This document shows positions 52,748 to 63,776 of a DNA stretch of 64,000 nt, one piece after another (the first letter of the stretch is position 1; each line of letters opens with the position of its first letter). Below the pieces are notes generated by a model. It searched no databases. It was not told the DNA's origin and saw nothing but the letters and a program-made list of their open reading frames with translations. The position numbers and the translations under genes were made by a program. The stretch is taken from NCBI GenBank assembly GCA_965217895.1, contig CBDCJV010000002.1, forward strand, positions 1,408,001-1,472,000. The letters are read 5' to 3'. This stretch comes from Waterburya sp. (GTDB lineage Bacteria > Cyanobacteriota > Cyanobacteriia > Cyanobacteriales > Xenococcaceae).

Positions 52748-54475
52748 ATGATTAAACAACTATTTACTGTTAGACCTGGATTATCTCATAAATATTCTCG
52801 TTTCTGTTTAGCGATCGCCATTTTCTTTTCTCTTATTTATAGCTTAATGGCGTTGCAACAGGCTTTTAGCAGTTCCTATATTGTGCAGGATGATGCTAGA
52901 CAGCACGTATTTTGGATGCGTCGCTGGCTAGATCCAGAGTTATTTCCTAATGATTTGATTGCTAATTATTTTCAATCCGTTGCCCCGTTAGGCTATAAAC
53001 TAACCTATGCCATACCAGCAGCTTTTAAAATCGATCCTATAGTTACCAGCAAAATACTACCCAGCATTCTAGGAGTAATAACCACATATTATTGTTTTTC
53101 GCTAACTATGGAGCTACTACCAATTCCTTTTACAGGGTTTGTAGCTACTCTCTTGCTCAATCAAAATCTTTGGCTACAGGATGGCTTGATCTCTGGTACG
53201 CCTAAAGCTTTTGCTATTCCTTTATTATTGGCTTTTTTATATTATTATTTACGGCAATCTTTATCAGGAACAAGTCTTACGATTTTACTTTTAGGATTGT
53301 TTTATCCTTCTTTTGTATTTATCTGTTCGGGATTATTGATTAGCAAATTATGGCAGTTAAAATCTAGTTTTTTCAGTTATAAACCACAGCTATCAAAAGG
53401 CTTTTTATTTTGTTTTGTAGGTTTATTAGTAGCTTTTCTGGTGCTACTTCCCTACGTTATTGCCACTTCCGAATTTGCGCCTACAATTACCGTAGCTCAG
53501 GCTCATAGTCTTCCTGATTTTGCTCCAGGAGGACGTTCGGCTTTTTTCAACGATCGCAACCCCTTTGACTTTTGGATTGGTGGCAGTCGTAGCGGTTTAA
53601 GGCTTTCTTCTGCTTTTATGCCACCTTTAACTTATTTTGCCATCTTATTACCACTTATTCTAAAATTTAAGCAAGCTTTTTCTTTGGGGCAAAAAGTCAC
53701 TGCCAAGCTTAGAATTTTAACTGATTTAATCTTAGTTTCTTTAGTAATGTTTGGCATTGCTCACTTGCTATTGTTTAAACTACATTTACCCAGTCGCTAT
53801 ACTCAAAATTCCTTGAGAATAGTTGTGGCGATCGCAGCAAGCATTAGCCTGACAATTATTACTCATTTTTTATTTAAAGTAATTTTCAATCGTCTAGTTC
53901 AAACTCCTTTTTATCAAAGGTTATTAGCTCGACTAATCCTTTTCTTTTTAGGTATGTTGCTAGTAATTTATCCTCACCTTACTAACAACTTTGTTTGGAC
54001 ACAATATGTGCAGGGAAATGCAGTTGAGCTATACGAGTTTTTGCAGCAGCAGCCAAAGGATATCATGGTTGCTTCTCTCTCTTCTGAAGCGGACAATTTA
54101 CCTACCTTTGCTCAACGTTCAATTTTGGTAAGTCAAGAATACGCTATCCCTTATCACGCAGGCTATTATTTTCCCTTTCGGCAAAAGGTTATAGATTTAA
54201 TTAATGCCAGCTACAGTAGCGATCTTGCAGTAGTTAAACAGTTTATCCGCCAATACAAAATTGATTTCTGGCTACTCGAAGCAAATAGTTTTACACCAGA
54301 ATATATAGCCAACAATTCTTGGCTGCAACAACACCAACCCGCTGCCCAAAATGCGATCGTCTTTCTAAAACAAGGCAATACACCCGCATTACAAGCCTAT
54401 CAGGATAGCTGTTTAGTTCTCAAAACCCAGCAATTTGAGTTAATTTCTACTCAATGTATTTTGTCTGCAATTTGA
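52748..54475 (+). CDS. Multi-pass membrane protein, possibly a GT-C glycosyltransferase
   Basis: QDDARQH after the first TM, many TM helices, LHLPSRY. Confidence 0.55.
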   Translation: MIKQLFTVRPGLSHKYSRFCLAIAIFFSLIYSLMALQQAFSSSYIVQDDARQHVFWMRRWLDPELFPNDLIANYFQSVAPLGYKLTYAIPAAFKIDPIVTSKILPSILGVITTYYCFSLTMELLPIPFTGFVATLLLNQNLWLQDGLISGTPKAFAIPLLLAFLYYYLRQSLSGTSLTILLLGLFYPSFVFICSGLLISKLWQLKSSFFSYKPQLSKGFLFCFVGLLVAFLVLLPYVIATSEFAPTITVAQAHSLPDFAPGGRSAFFNDRNPFDFWIGGSRSGLRLSSAFMPPLTYFAILLPLILKFKQAFSLGQKVTAKLRILTDLILVSLVMFGIAHLLLFKLHLPSRYTQNSLRIVVAIAASISLTIITHFLFKVIFNRLVQTPFYQRLLARLILFFLGMLLVIYPHLTNNFVWTQYVQGNAVELYEFLQQQPKDIMVASLSSEADNLPTFAQRSILVSQEYAIPYHAGYYFPFRQKVIDLINASYSSDLAVVKQFIRQYKIDFWLLEANSFTPEYIANNSWLQQHQPAAQNAIVFLKQGNTPALQAYQDSCLVLKTQQFELISTQCILSAI

Positions 54476-54517
54476 TTAAACACTAATAAATAGTTACTCT
54501 ATTTACGCCCACCTCTA

Positions 54518-55288
54518 CTAGTGCCGATTAATCATGGTTGCGCTGGATTGATCTGTAGCTAACACCAATACTTCACTCATATTGACGTTTGCTGGACGAG
54601 TGGCACAGAAAACCACAATTTCAGCAATATCATTAGGAGTCAGAGGATTCATTCCTTGGTATACTTTCTTGGCTTTCTCTGTATCTCCTCGAAACCGCAC
54701 CATGCTAAAATCGGTTTCTACCGTACCAGGATCGACGGAACTTACTCGAATGGGAGTTCCCAATAAATCCATCTTCAAGCCTTCTGATAAAGCTCTAACT
54801 GCTGCTTTGGTAGCACAATAAACATTGCCTCCAGGATAGGTTTGATGTCCTGCAATTGAGCCTATATTAATAATATGTCCTCGGTTTTGTTCCACCATTT
54901 TTGGTAAAAGCGATCGCGTTACGTATAATAGACCTTTGAGGTTAGTATCGATCATCTCTTCCCAGTTTTGAATATCTCCTGACTGAAGCTTTTCTAAACC
55001 ACGGCTCAATCCTGCATTATTGACTAAAATATCGACGTTACACCAAGGTTCGGGCAAAGATGCAAAAGCTGTTTTTACCGCATTGCGATCGCTGACATCT
55101 ACTTCTAATAAATGAATCCGAACATCGTAATCTGCTTTTATTTCGGTTGCTACTGCTTCGAGCTTTTCTTTCCTACGTGCAGCCAAAATTAACGATGCAC
55201 CTTCTTTGGCAAACTCTTTGGCACAAGCTGCGCCAATACCACTACTTGCCCCCGTAATTACAACTATTTGCTCTTGAATTGAAACCAT
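54518..55288 (-). CDS. SDR oxidoreductase (YdfG-like)
   Basis: TGASSGIG, NNAG, YPGGNVYCATK, VETDFS.VRF. Confidence 0.92.
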   Translation of the reverse strand: MVSIQEQIVVITGASSGIGAACAKEFAKEGASLILAARRKEKLEAVATEIKADYDVRIHLLEVDVSDRNAVKTAFASLPEPWCNVDILVNNAGLSRGLEKLQSGDIQNWEEMIDTNLKGLLYVTRSLLPKMVEQNRGHIINIGSIAGHQTYPGGNVYCATKAAVRALSEGLKMDLLGTPIRVSSVDPGTVETDFSMVRFRGDTEKAKKVYQGMNPLTPNDIAEIVVFCATRPANVNMSEVLVLATDQSSATMINRH

Positions 55289-55482
55289 ATTTGTTATTTA
55301 TCTAAAAATGCAGCATCTTTTAGAGTATATTTTTTTGGAGGATTAATAACAAACCAAAGCGAAAAAGCTGCGCCAGTGCTGCGAAAAGCCAGCTAACTAG
55401 TATTAGCTTGTAATCAAAAACACTATTTACTGAAGTTGTCCAATGTCATACTAATTTAATTAAATTTGCCATTAGATTAACC

Positions 55483-55824
55483 ATGCTCAAATCCATCGTG
55501 CTGTTAGCTATTTCCAATATCTTTATGTGTTTTGCATGGTATGAACATTTAAAAGATTTCAAAACCTCTCCTCTGTGGGTAGCTATTGGGGTTAGCTGGT
55601 CGATCGCTTTCTTGGAATATTGTTTTCAAGTTCCTGCTAATCGTTTGGGTAATCAATACTTTAGTTTGCCACAGCTCAAGGTTTTACAAGAAGTTATTAC
55701 CATGATAGTGTTTGCAGGATTTAGCGTCAGCTATATGAAAGTCCCCGTGACTCGTAACTATTTCTTCGCTGCGATGCTACTTGCAGGGGCTGCATATCTC
55801 ATCTTTAGCGAGACAAAAGCGTAA
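55483..55824 (+). CDS. DMT family (DUF486-like) small membrane protein
   Basis: SNIFM.FAWY, EYCFQVPANR, QLKVLQEVI. Confidence 0.85.
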   Translation: MLKSIVLLAISNIFMCFAWYEHLKDFKTSPLWVAIGVSWSIAFLEYCFQVPANRLGNQYFSLPQLKVLQEVITMIVFAGFSVSYMKVPVTRNYFFAAMLLAGAAYLIFSETKA

Positions 55825-56123
55825 TCACTAAACTACTTGCACCGAATCATAATGAACTAGCTTCTCCTTAAGATATAAGGTTCAAGAGCAAAAAAGTTAA
55901 TCTTGTAACAATTTCGTCTTTGATTCCATCTCAAATATCCCCCAAAACTTGAGAGTTATGATAGTCATTAGTTTATTTGTCTCGTTGTATGTAGACTTTA
56001 AAAACCAGACTGTCATTAAAAATTCATTTCTTTGTCACAGGAAAGCCATAACCTTTATGTAAGTTATACATTGTCAGTCCTACATATGATTTCACTCATA
56101 AGCTCCTTCAGGCTTTTTAGGAC

Positions 56124-56175
56124 TGACCAACGGTCACAGCAGGCTCCGTTCGTTTAGGGCGGAGTAATCTGTGAC
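56124..56175 (-). mobile_element. 48-bp GTCA-bounded mini-element, copy 2
   Basis: Reverse complement of 25923-25974 with 1 mismatch. Confidence 0.9.
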
Positions 56176-56272
56176 TTTACTATTTTATTTAGTTTATAAT
56201 GCGGATTTTCTAAGTGCGATCGCCATTATCAAGACGCATCTACTCTACAGAGTGCGGGTAATTTGATAACAC

Positions 56273-57586
56273 TTATTTTTCTGCATGAACATAATCTACA
56301 AAGTAAAACTTAGGTTGCAGCCAATACCTCAGCCAACTCCAAACACCTAAACCTGATAGAGCAATAATCATTAGCGGTAAACCAAAGCTATTCCTAAGCT
56401 CATCATTCATTACCGCCACCGAAGAAATAGTCAGGACAAAATTAATAATTAGAATGACTTGCAGGCGTTGAATATTTTTTAGAGCTTGGCGACAGCTACT
56501 ACAGTGTTGAGTATGTTGGCTGTAGCGATCTAATAGCTTGTTGCGATCAATATTGATAGGCGCAACAGCAGTTGTTTCTAATTCTACCTGCTGCCAAGGC
56601 AAATTCCCCTGGCAATAGCGATCGAACCAGCGACGAAACTCAATTACTAAACGATCTGCGCTGGTGGGTAGTTTATATGCTTCTTGCCAACTACCACGCT
56701 GTTGTAATAAATGCTCTTGTAAACTTAAGAGAATCATATCCCCATCTAGGACTGGATTGCGTACCTTAATGTGTTCCCACCAGCGAGGTGTGAGACGCTG
56801 AATGTTTTGAGCAAAATTGCGGCTAAATTGGGCAACGATTCGAGATTTACCAGGAGCAACAGGGATAGAGTAAGTAATTAAACCTATCTGCTTTTCTGCA
56901 CCAAAAGATATAGCATATTCCAAGCGACAGGGTGGTTCAAAAGTAATAGTAGTTTTAAAAGGTGTACCTGTAGTTGCTTCAATTAAATCTGATCTAGACT
57001 GAGTAATTGTGAGGGGTAAGGGTTTAGCATTTTCCCTATTTCCCTGCACCCCATGATGAGCAAACGGTACATGACTAGGATCGGCAACGTTTTCAACTAA
57101 AGTTTGCCAATCGTATGCTAAATCGCGCACAAAAGAAGACCAGACGAAGCCTTTCTCAGCGTCGATCTGAGGAGATAAGGGTAATGGAGTCTTAGCTGCA
57201 ATATCTGGCGATTCGGCATCCATCCATACCCATAATAAATCATTAGCTTGGCACGCAGGAAAAACAGTAGCGCATAGTTGTTTATTATCGATTACTTGCT
57301 GATTATCCGCTTGAGGTATGCGAGTACAGTTTCCCTGATTATCAAATTGCCAACCATGATAGCTACACATGATACTCCCCGTATCTTCGTCTATTTTGCC
57401 CTCGCTAAGAGGTGCTAGCCGATGAGGACAGCGATCTAAAAATACTTGATAACTATCAGCATTTTGAGGTTTCCAGATAACTAGTTGAGTTTCTAATACA
57501 GTTACTGTAGTTGGTACTTGGGGATTTAAATCTTCAATGGGAGAAAGAGGATACCATTGTTGCCAAAAATTAAACTCTGTTTTCAT
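56273..57586 (-). CDS. Rieske non-heme iron oxygenase (pheophorbide a oxygenase/Tic55-like)
   Basis: CPHR..CSYHGW; ENVADPSHVPFAH; HTQHCSSC. Confidence 0.9.
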   Translation of the reverse strand: MKTEFNFWQQWYPLSPIEDLNPQVPTTVTVLETQLVIWKPQNADSYQVFLDRCPHRLAPLSEGKIDEDTGSIMCSYHGWQFDNQGNCTRIPQADNQQVIDNKQLCATVFPACQANDLLWVWMDAESPDIAAKTPLPLSPQIDAEKGFVWSSFVRDLAYDWQTLVENVADPSHVPFAHHGVQGNRENAKPLPLTITQSRSDLIEATTGTPFKTTITFEPPCRLEYAISFGAEKQIGLITYSIPVAPGKSRIVAQFSRNFAQNIQRLTPRWWEHIKVRNPVLDGDMILLSLQEHLLQQRGSWQEAYKLPTSADRLVIEFRRWFDRYCQGNLPWQQVELETTAVAPINIDRNKLLDRYSQHTQHCSSCRQALKNIQRLQVILIINFVLTISSVAVMNDELRNSFGLPLMIIALSGLGVWSWLRYWLQPKFYFVDYVHAEK

Positions 57587-57614
57587 TTATCAATTACCAT
57601 TTACCATTAAACAA

Positions 57615-60569
57615 TTACTTTGCTTCCATCCAATTTTTTCCTGCACTGATATCTACTGCGAGAGGAATACTAAGCTTTACAGCATCTTCCATCGTTGACT
57701 TAATTATTGGCTGTAGTTCTGACCATTCTTCGGGGGGTACTTCTAAAACTAGTTCGTCATGTACCTGAAGCAATAACCGCGCCTGATAATCTTGCAGAAT
57801 GCGATCGAGTTCGATCATAGCAATTTTGATGATATCTGCACTTGAACCTTGAATCGGCGAGTTAGCTGCTGCGCGTAAGGTTTGCACATCGATATAGCTC
57901 ATGTTGAGGCTGTCGAGAGCGATCGCATCTGGCGAAATTCCTTTTAATTCTTTAAGGCGATCGCTAATTAAATTGATATAGCGTCTTCTACCTAAAATAG
58001 TATTAACATAGCCCAAAGAAATAGCTTGTTTTTTTACGCCTTCTAAGTATTTAAATACCTGGGCATATTCCTGACGGTATTTATCAATAAACTGTTTGCC
58101 TATTTCGACTTTAAAACCTGACTCTCTTGAGAATCTTTGCGCTCCCATGCCGTAGATAACGCCAAAGTTAATTATCTTACCTAAACGTCTTTCTTCTGAG
58201 GTGATCTTATCTTTTTCAAATAATAGTTTAGCAGTGACGCTATGGACATCTCGATTCTGACGGTAGGCATCAATTAACACTGGCTCTTGACTAAGGTGAG
58301 CTAAAATTCTTAACTCTATTTGCGAATAATCTGCTGCTACTAAAAGCCAACCCTCTTGAGGAATAAAAGCCTGGCGAATTTGGCGGGAAAATTCAGTGCG
58401 AATAGGAATATTTTGCAGATTGGGATTAGAAGAAGATAATCTGCCTGTAGCAACTACCGTTTGATTAAAGTCACTGTGTAACCTGTGGGTAGACTTTCTG
58501 ACTAAAGTAGGTAAAGCATCAACGTAGGTAGATTTTAGTTTTGCTAAAGTTCGATATTCCAGCATATTGTCAATTACAGGATGGTCGCCCTTGAGTTTTT
58601 CAAGTACTGCTTGATTAGTGGAATAACCTGTTTTAGTTTTACGCGATTTTTTGCGGTCTAGCTCTAGCTTATCAAACAAAATTACGCTTAACTGTTTGGG
58701 AGAACCTAAGTTAAATTCTTCTCCCGCTGCTTGATAAGTTTCTTGTTCAAGTTTTTGCAGATCTCGATCTAGTTTTTGAGCAAACTTATGCAGATATTTA
58801 GTATCTAAATTTATTCCCGTATTTTCCATCTTTGCTAATACAGGCTCTAATGGTTGCTCTACTTCCAATAGCAATTTATTGAGTTCAGGACAATTAGCTA
58901 ATTCTGCCTTCAGCTTACCCACTAAATAATAGGTAGCATAACAATCTAGTCCGCAATAATCTGCTACAACTTCGATATCCAAGTCAGCAATAGTTTTGCC
59001 TTTAGGTATACCTAAATCTTTATAGCTTTTAGCAGCAATTTCTAATCCGTAACGCTCGGATAAATCTCCTAGGTTATGAGTCATTTCGGGATTGATTACA
59101 TAACTAGCAAGCATAGTATCAAAAACTACTCCTGCCAAGTTAATTCCTTGATGATGTAAAACTTGGCGATCAAATTTAGCATTTTGCAGAGCTTTAGGAT
59201 ATTTATCACTTTCTAAGATTGGCTTTAAAGCAGACAAAACTAATTCTTTATTTAACTGATTTCCTGCTGTATGAGATAGGGGAATATAGGCAATATCTGT
59301 GTCTTTATCTCCCCAACAGCAGCCAATACCAACTAAGTTTGCCAAATGAGTTTCTAAGGAAGTAGTTTCGGTATCCCAGGCAATAGGTTTTTCAGGATCA
59401 CTATGTTTTTTTAAAGTCTCAACTAACTGTTTTAATTTTACTTCCGTATCAATAATTTGAGTGTTTAGCTGCGGTTTAAATAGCTCTACATCTTCTATCT
59501 CTAGATCATTTTCAATCTCAGACTTATCGGCAAACAAAGATAGTTGACCATTATTATCTAAAGTTTGTTTCTTTATTTGAGGCTGAACTTCAATGGCTTC
59601 TATTTCTGCTTCACCACCAAGTTTTAGCTGTAATTTATTTAAATTATCAATAACTTTCTTTAGCTCTAGTTCTTTGAGTTTAGGTAATACAAGATTTGAA
59701 TCAAAACCAACCAACTTACAGTTATTCAAATCTACTTCAATAGGAGAGTTCAAATGTATTTGTGCCATAAATTGAGAGTGAATTGCATCTTCTTTTCCTG
59801 TTGCTAATTTATTTCTAGTTGCTCCTTTAATTTTATCTATATTGTCATAAACTTCCTCTAGAGTTGGATACTCACTTAAAAGTTTGACTGCCGTTTTCTC
59901 ACCAATTCCCTTAACCCCAGGAATACAGTCAGACTTGTCACCACAAAGAGCTTTAAAATCTACAATTTGTTCGGGTGTAACTCCCATCTTCTCAATTACC
60001 ATCCCTCGATCAAACTCAGTGTAACTATGAGCCGTTTTCTTAAAGGTTTGGTTGTGCAAATATAAAACGCTAATTGCACGCTCATCATCCACTAACTGAA
60101 ACAAATCACGATCGCCACTAACAATTTTGACCCGATACCCTTCTGCACTTGCTCTAGTGGCAATTGTACCTAATACATCATCTGCTTCGTATCCTGGTGC
60201 TGTGGTAATGGTGAGATTAAATGCAGTTAATAGCTCCTGTAAATTTAAGATATCAGGGATAAAGTCTGCTGGAGTTTCTAAGCGATCGCTTTTGTAGTTT
60301 ACATCAGCTTCATGGCGAAATGTGGGCTGCGCTAAGTCAAAGGCGATCGCCATAAATTGCGGAGATTCTGTTTCTAATACCTGCAATAAAGAATTAATAA
60401 ATCCAAAACAAATGCTGGTGGGAATTCCCGTTGAAGTCATCAAAGGACCCCGCCGAGAATTACTCAGAGCATAATAAGCACGAAAGGCTAAAGAGTGACC
60501 ATCGATCAGAATTAATAGAGGTTTTGTATTATTTGAAGTGGCAGAACTAGTTACAACAGCAGAGGACAT
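57615..60569 (-). CDS. polA: DNA polymerase I
   Basis: IDGHSLAFR, EADD, DTET, DYSQIELR, INFGVIYG, QVHDE. Confidence 0.97.
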   Translation of the reverse strand: MSSAVVTSSATSNNTKPLLILIDGHSLAFRAYYALSNSRRGPLMTSTGIPTSICFGFINSLLQVLETESPQFMAIAFDLAQPTFRHEADVNYKSDRLETPADFIPDILNLQELLTAFNLTITTAPGYEADDVLGTIATRASAEGYRVKIVSGDRDLFQLVDDERAISVLYLHNQTFKKTAHSYTEFDRGMVIEKMGVTPEQIVDFKALCGDKSDCIPGVKGIGEKTAVKLLSEYPTLEEVYDNIDKIKGATRNKLATGKEDAIHSQFMAQIHLNSPIEVDLNNCKLVGFDSNLVLPKLKELELKKVIDNLNKLQLKLGGEAEIEAIEVQPQIKKQTLDNNGQLSLFADKSEIENDLEIEDVELFKPQLNTQIIDTEVKLKQLVETLKKHSDPEKPIAWDTETTSLETHLANLVGIGCCWGDKDTDIAYIPLSHTAGNQLNKELVLSALKPILESDKYPKALQNAKFDRQVLHHQGINLAGVVFDTMLASYVINPEMTHNLGDLSERYGLEIAAKSYKDLGIPKGKTIADLDIEVVADYCGLDCYATYYLVGKLKAELANCPELNKLLLEVEQPLEPVLAKMENTGINLDTKYLHKFAQKLDRDLQKLEQETYQAAGEEFNLGSPKQLSVILFDKLELDRKKSRKTKTGYSTNQAVLEKLKGDHPVIDNMLEYRTLAKLKSTYVDALPTLVRKSTHRLHSDFNQTVVATGRLSSSNPNLQNIPIRTEFSRQIRQAFIPQEGWLLVAADYSQIELRILAHLSQEPVLIDAYRQNRDVHSVTAKLLFEKDKITSEERRLGKIINFGVIYGMGAQRFSRESGFKVEIGKQFIDKYRQEYAQVFKYLEGVKKQAISLGYVNTILGRRRYINLISDRLKELKGISPDAIALDSLNMSYIDVQTLRAAANSPIQGSSADIIKIAMIELDRILQDYQARLLLQVHDELVLEVPPEEWSELQPIIKSTMEDAVKLSIPLAVDISAGKNWMEAK

Positions 60570-61020
60570 AATGTTTATGTTTATTTAGCGAAGAAAGTGA
60601 ATCAAAATTAAGACAATGTTGCAGTTTTTTGAATACTGTAAACATTGGTAAACACATCTTGTTCTAGACAATTAATGATGTTAGGTTATGGACAGGTACA
60701 AAGAAGCACACCAATCTTCTTTTCAAGGCAGATTCTAGCAAGTACCTCCCGCTAAGAATCTACACGATAACTTTCAATTAGATCTTAGGTAAATTATAGG
60801 TGAATTGTTTATAGTTATTATGCCGTTCTATCAGGGCAAATAGCAGAATGAAAATTCACACTCTTGACCAGAATTGGTTTTTATCAAGTCTAACCATTAA
60901 CATTAGTTATTGTGCAATATTGTATAACTCTAGTTAGATATTTTTGAACACTACACTATTAAATTTAACTCGACAAAATACTTCATTGGGAAGTCTGACT
61001 AAATTTGCTAAAAGACATGA

Positions 61021-61176
61021 GAGAGGATATTTTTAAAGGCTATTTCATGATGTAATAATGTCTTTAAAGTTAAACATAAGGAGGTTTATCCGACGCTAGC
61101 CATATCCTCTCCACCCATCTAATTTATCAGAAACAATAATTGCGTCTTATGGCTATAGGTGTCATAAGCGTTTTTT
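61021..61176 (+). ncRNA. Candidate structured sRNA or mini-ORF transcript
   Basis: Closing stem GAGAGGATAT/ATATCCTCTC, inner hairpins, terminator-like stem plus T6. Confidence 0.35.
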
Positions 61177-61276
61177 AGTATGTATAGCATTACGCATTAA
61201 AATTAGGACATTTTATAGAAACCAGGAAAAAAACTCTCCATTTCTCTCTGAGGTAAAACTGCTCTAACTGCCTCAA

Positions 61277-62782
61277 CTACCCCAAACCGATGCGACCAGC
61301 TAGGCTAGCACTTAGAGGAATCAAAGTCGTCAACATTAAAAACAAGGACAATAAAGCCCAAGCTGCTCTGCTATCATCAGGTTCAGTTAATTCATTTTGA
61401 ACAGGACGTTCCAAGTCTCGTTGTAAGAACAAAATCAACACTGCCCAATAGAGAGGAATTGGATTAACAGGGTTAAATAAAGCCACAATTCCCAAGATGA
61501 TCAAAGTTGCTAAAGTAGTTCTTCGAGCCGTTTTGCGTCCATAAATTGCATGAACGATTCTACCTCCATCTAATTTACCTGCGGGTAAAAGATTGAGTGC
61601 AGTAATGACCAATCCCAACCAACCAATAACAACCAAAGGGTTTATATCAACTACTGCTGACTCTAAAGCCGAACCCAAAATCACTTTTGCCAAAGTGCCA
61701 ACTAAAATAGATGCTCGAAAGAACTCTGTTGGTAGCTGAAACATACTGCCATCATGAGAGAAAGTCAAACCAGAAACTAATAACAGCAAAGAAATTATGC
61801 CTGCTGTAGCTGGGCCTGCAAAAGAAATATCAAACAATGCAGTGCGGTTAGGCAACAATGACTCAAAGCGCGTAATTGCCCCAAAAGAACCAATTTGCCA
61901 ACTAGGTAAAAAGAAAGGAATACTCAAGCGAACACTATAGCGGTCAGCAATTACTCTATGACCGATTTCGTGAGCAATTAAAATAGCCCACAATCCTAAA
62001 CTAAGAGGAATAGCTTCACCATAACGTCCAAAGTCACTAAATAAATCAAATCCCTGTAATAAACTAGCTGCTTCTAGGCTGGTCAAAATTGTGCCGATAA
62101 ACAAAATTAAAGCTAGGTTTTTTTGAGCCAGCGTTGTAGTTTGAGGATCGTTTATCTTGGGTAGGATTACTACCACAGGTTTTTCTTCAGGACTTTCAAC
62201 CAAAAATAAACGATACTTATCATCAAAAGATTGCTCTAGCTTTTGATTCATCTTGAAGTAGACAGTATCTGCTTCCCCGCGCAGATTTCCTTTGAAAATT
62301 GCTCCGTCTTGATAGGGTATTGTTTCTGTAGCAAAAAAAGTGTCGATGCCGAAAATGCCTTTTAATTCTGCCAAATCTTGATCGGGAATAGGCGATATTT
62401 CTGGCTCTGTGTTTTGCTCAATTTTTTTAAGGTCAGAAGATGGAATTATTTTGGCTGAGACTTGTGCTTCTCGTTTAATTCTCTCGGCTGCCTTTTGCTG
62501 TAGTAAAGCTTCTTGCCCTTCTGCTCTTAGTTGCTTTCCTAACCAGATATAAACAGCAATTGAGGCAATTAGCAAAAATAAAATGCCAACTAAGTTAATG
62601 TATATGCCGACAGCAAACAGACCAAAAAATAGTAGCCACGGACCCATCAAAACGATTGACTGTAGCCACGCCAGCATTCCTAATCTGCCATAGGCTTTTG
62701 ATTTGTTGTACCCCCAAATAAGTATGGCAAGAACTGCTGCAATAGGTATAAAAGTGGTAATAGATTCTGATCCGTTTAACAT
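61277..62782 (-). CDS. Site-2 protease (M50) family protein
   Basis: AHEIGH, FAGP, NLLPAGKLDGG. Confidence 0.93.
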   Translation of the reverse strand: MLNGSESITTFIPIAAVLAILIWGYNKSKAYGRLGMLAWLQSIVLMGPWLLFFGLFAVGIYINLVGILFLLIASIAVYIWLGKQLRAEGQEALLQQKAAERIKREAQVSAKIIPSSDLKKIEQNTEPEISPIPDQDLAELKGIFGIDTFFATETIPYQDGAIFKGNLRGEADTVYFKMNQKLEQSFDDKYRLFLVESPEEKPVVVILPKINDPQTTTLAQKNLALILFIGTILTSLEAASLLQGFDLFSDFGRYGEAIPLSLGLWAILIAHEIGHRVIADRYSVRLSIPFFLPSWQIGSFGAITRFESLLPNRTALFDISFAGPATAGIISLLLLVSGLTFSHDGSMFQLPTEFFRASILVGTLAKVILGSALESAVVDINPLVVIGWLGLVITALNLLPAGKLDGGRIVHAIYGRKTARRTTLATLIILGIVALFNPVNPIPLYWAVLILFLQRDLERPVQNELTEPDDSRAAWALLSLFLMLTTLIPLSASLAGRIGLG

Positions 62783-62903
62783 TATTTATTTTAAGATTGT
62801 TTTAATTAAGTAGGTTCAATTAACCATCAAAAATAGCTCTGTATGCTGTAGTTGATATTTAGTTGTTAATGGTTTTTAATTATTTTATTATCTCAGACTA
62901 AGT

Positions 62904-63776
62904 CTATACTCTATATCTGTTCAAAACTTTGGTAATAATTGCAAATACTTCTTCAGGGGCTTCAATCATGGCTAAGTGTCCACAGTTAGGAATTTCAAAT
63001 ACGTTGCTATCTTCTGAGGTAAATAATTGATGAAAGCTAGCTAGGTGATTGACATACTTGATTTCCATCACCCGATCTTTTTCTCCTGCAATAAAATATA
63101 CAGGCTGTTTTAAACGAGAAACTAGTTGAGGCAATAAATGAACCTCAGTTTCGGTAGTGGATTCTAAAAGCGCACCCAAAGCTGCTTTTTCGTCGGCTTG
63201 AATAAAATCAATAATTCTTTGCCGACCCCACTTCAATTTTAGAGGACGAGCCACCATCATTCTAGAGAACAAAACATTCAATAAAGGAACATTACGTAAC
63301 CAACCAGGACGAAACTTAACCAGTTGCTGACCCACATTACGAAAACGTTCAAATTCTTCTTTAAGATAAATTCCTCCTCCCGCATTAAGACAAATAACGC
63401 CCTCAACCACTTGAGGATATATATCCGCAGACCAAAGAGCAACGCTTCCTCCTAAAGAGTGACCGATGACCCATGCCTGTTTAATTTCCAGATTTTCTAG
63501 CAAATATTTTAAATCTTGGGCATAAGCACTAAGACTATAGTGATTATTGAAAGTGTTTGAACTTGTTGACACTGTGGTGGCAATAGATTCACCAAAACCT
63601 CTGGCATCATAGATTAAACACTGATATTCAGATTTTAATAGTTCTACTATGGGTTGCCAGTAGTGACGGCTTAAAAGCCAGCCATGAACAAAAACTAAAA
63701 TAGGTTGTTTGAGATTGTCAACAGGAGCAGTTAACTCATAGACATGAGGTGTTCCCAATATATTTATGGATGGCAT
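62904..63776 (-). CDS. Alpha/beta hydrolase
   Basis: HGWLLS, GHSLGG, CGHLAM. Confidence 0.9.
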   Translation of the reverse strand: MPSINILGTPHVYELTAPVDNLKQPILVFVHGWLLSRHYWQPIVELLKSEYQCLIYDARGFGESIATTVSTSSNTFNNHYSLSAYAQDLKYLLENLEIKQAWVIGHSLGGSVALWSADIYPQVVEGVICLNAGGGIYLKEEFERFRNVGQQLVKFRPGWLRNVPLLNVLFSRMMVARPLKLKWGRQRIIDFIQADEKAALGALLESTTETEVHLLPQLVSRLKQPVYFIAGEKDRVMEIKYVNHLASFHQLFTSEDSNVFEIPNCGHLAMIEAPEEVFAIITKVLNRYRV

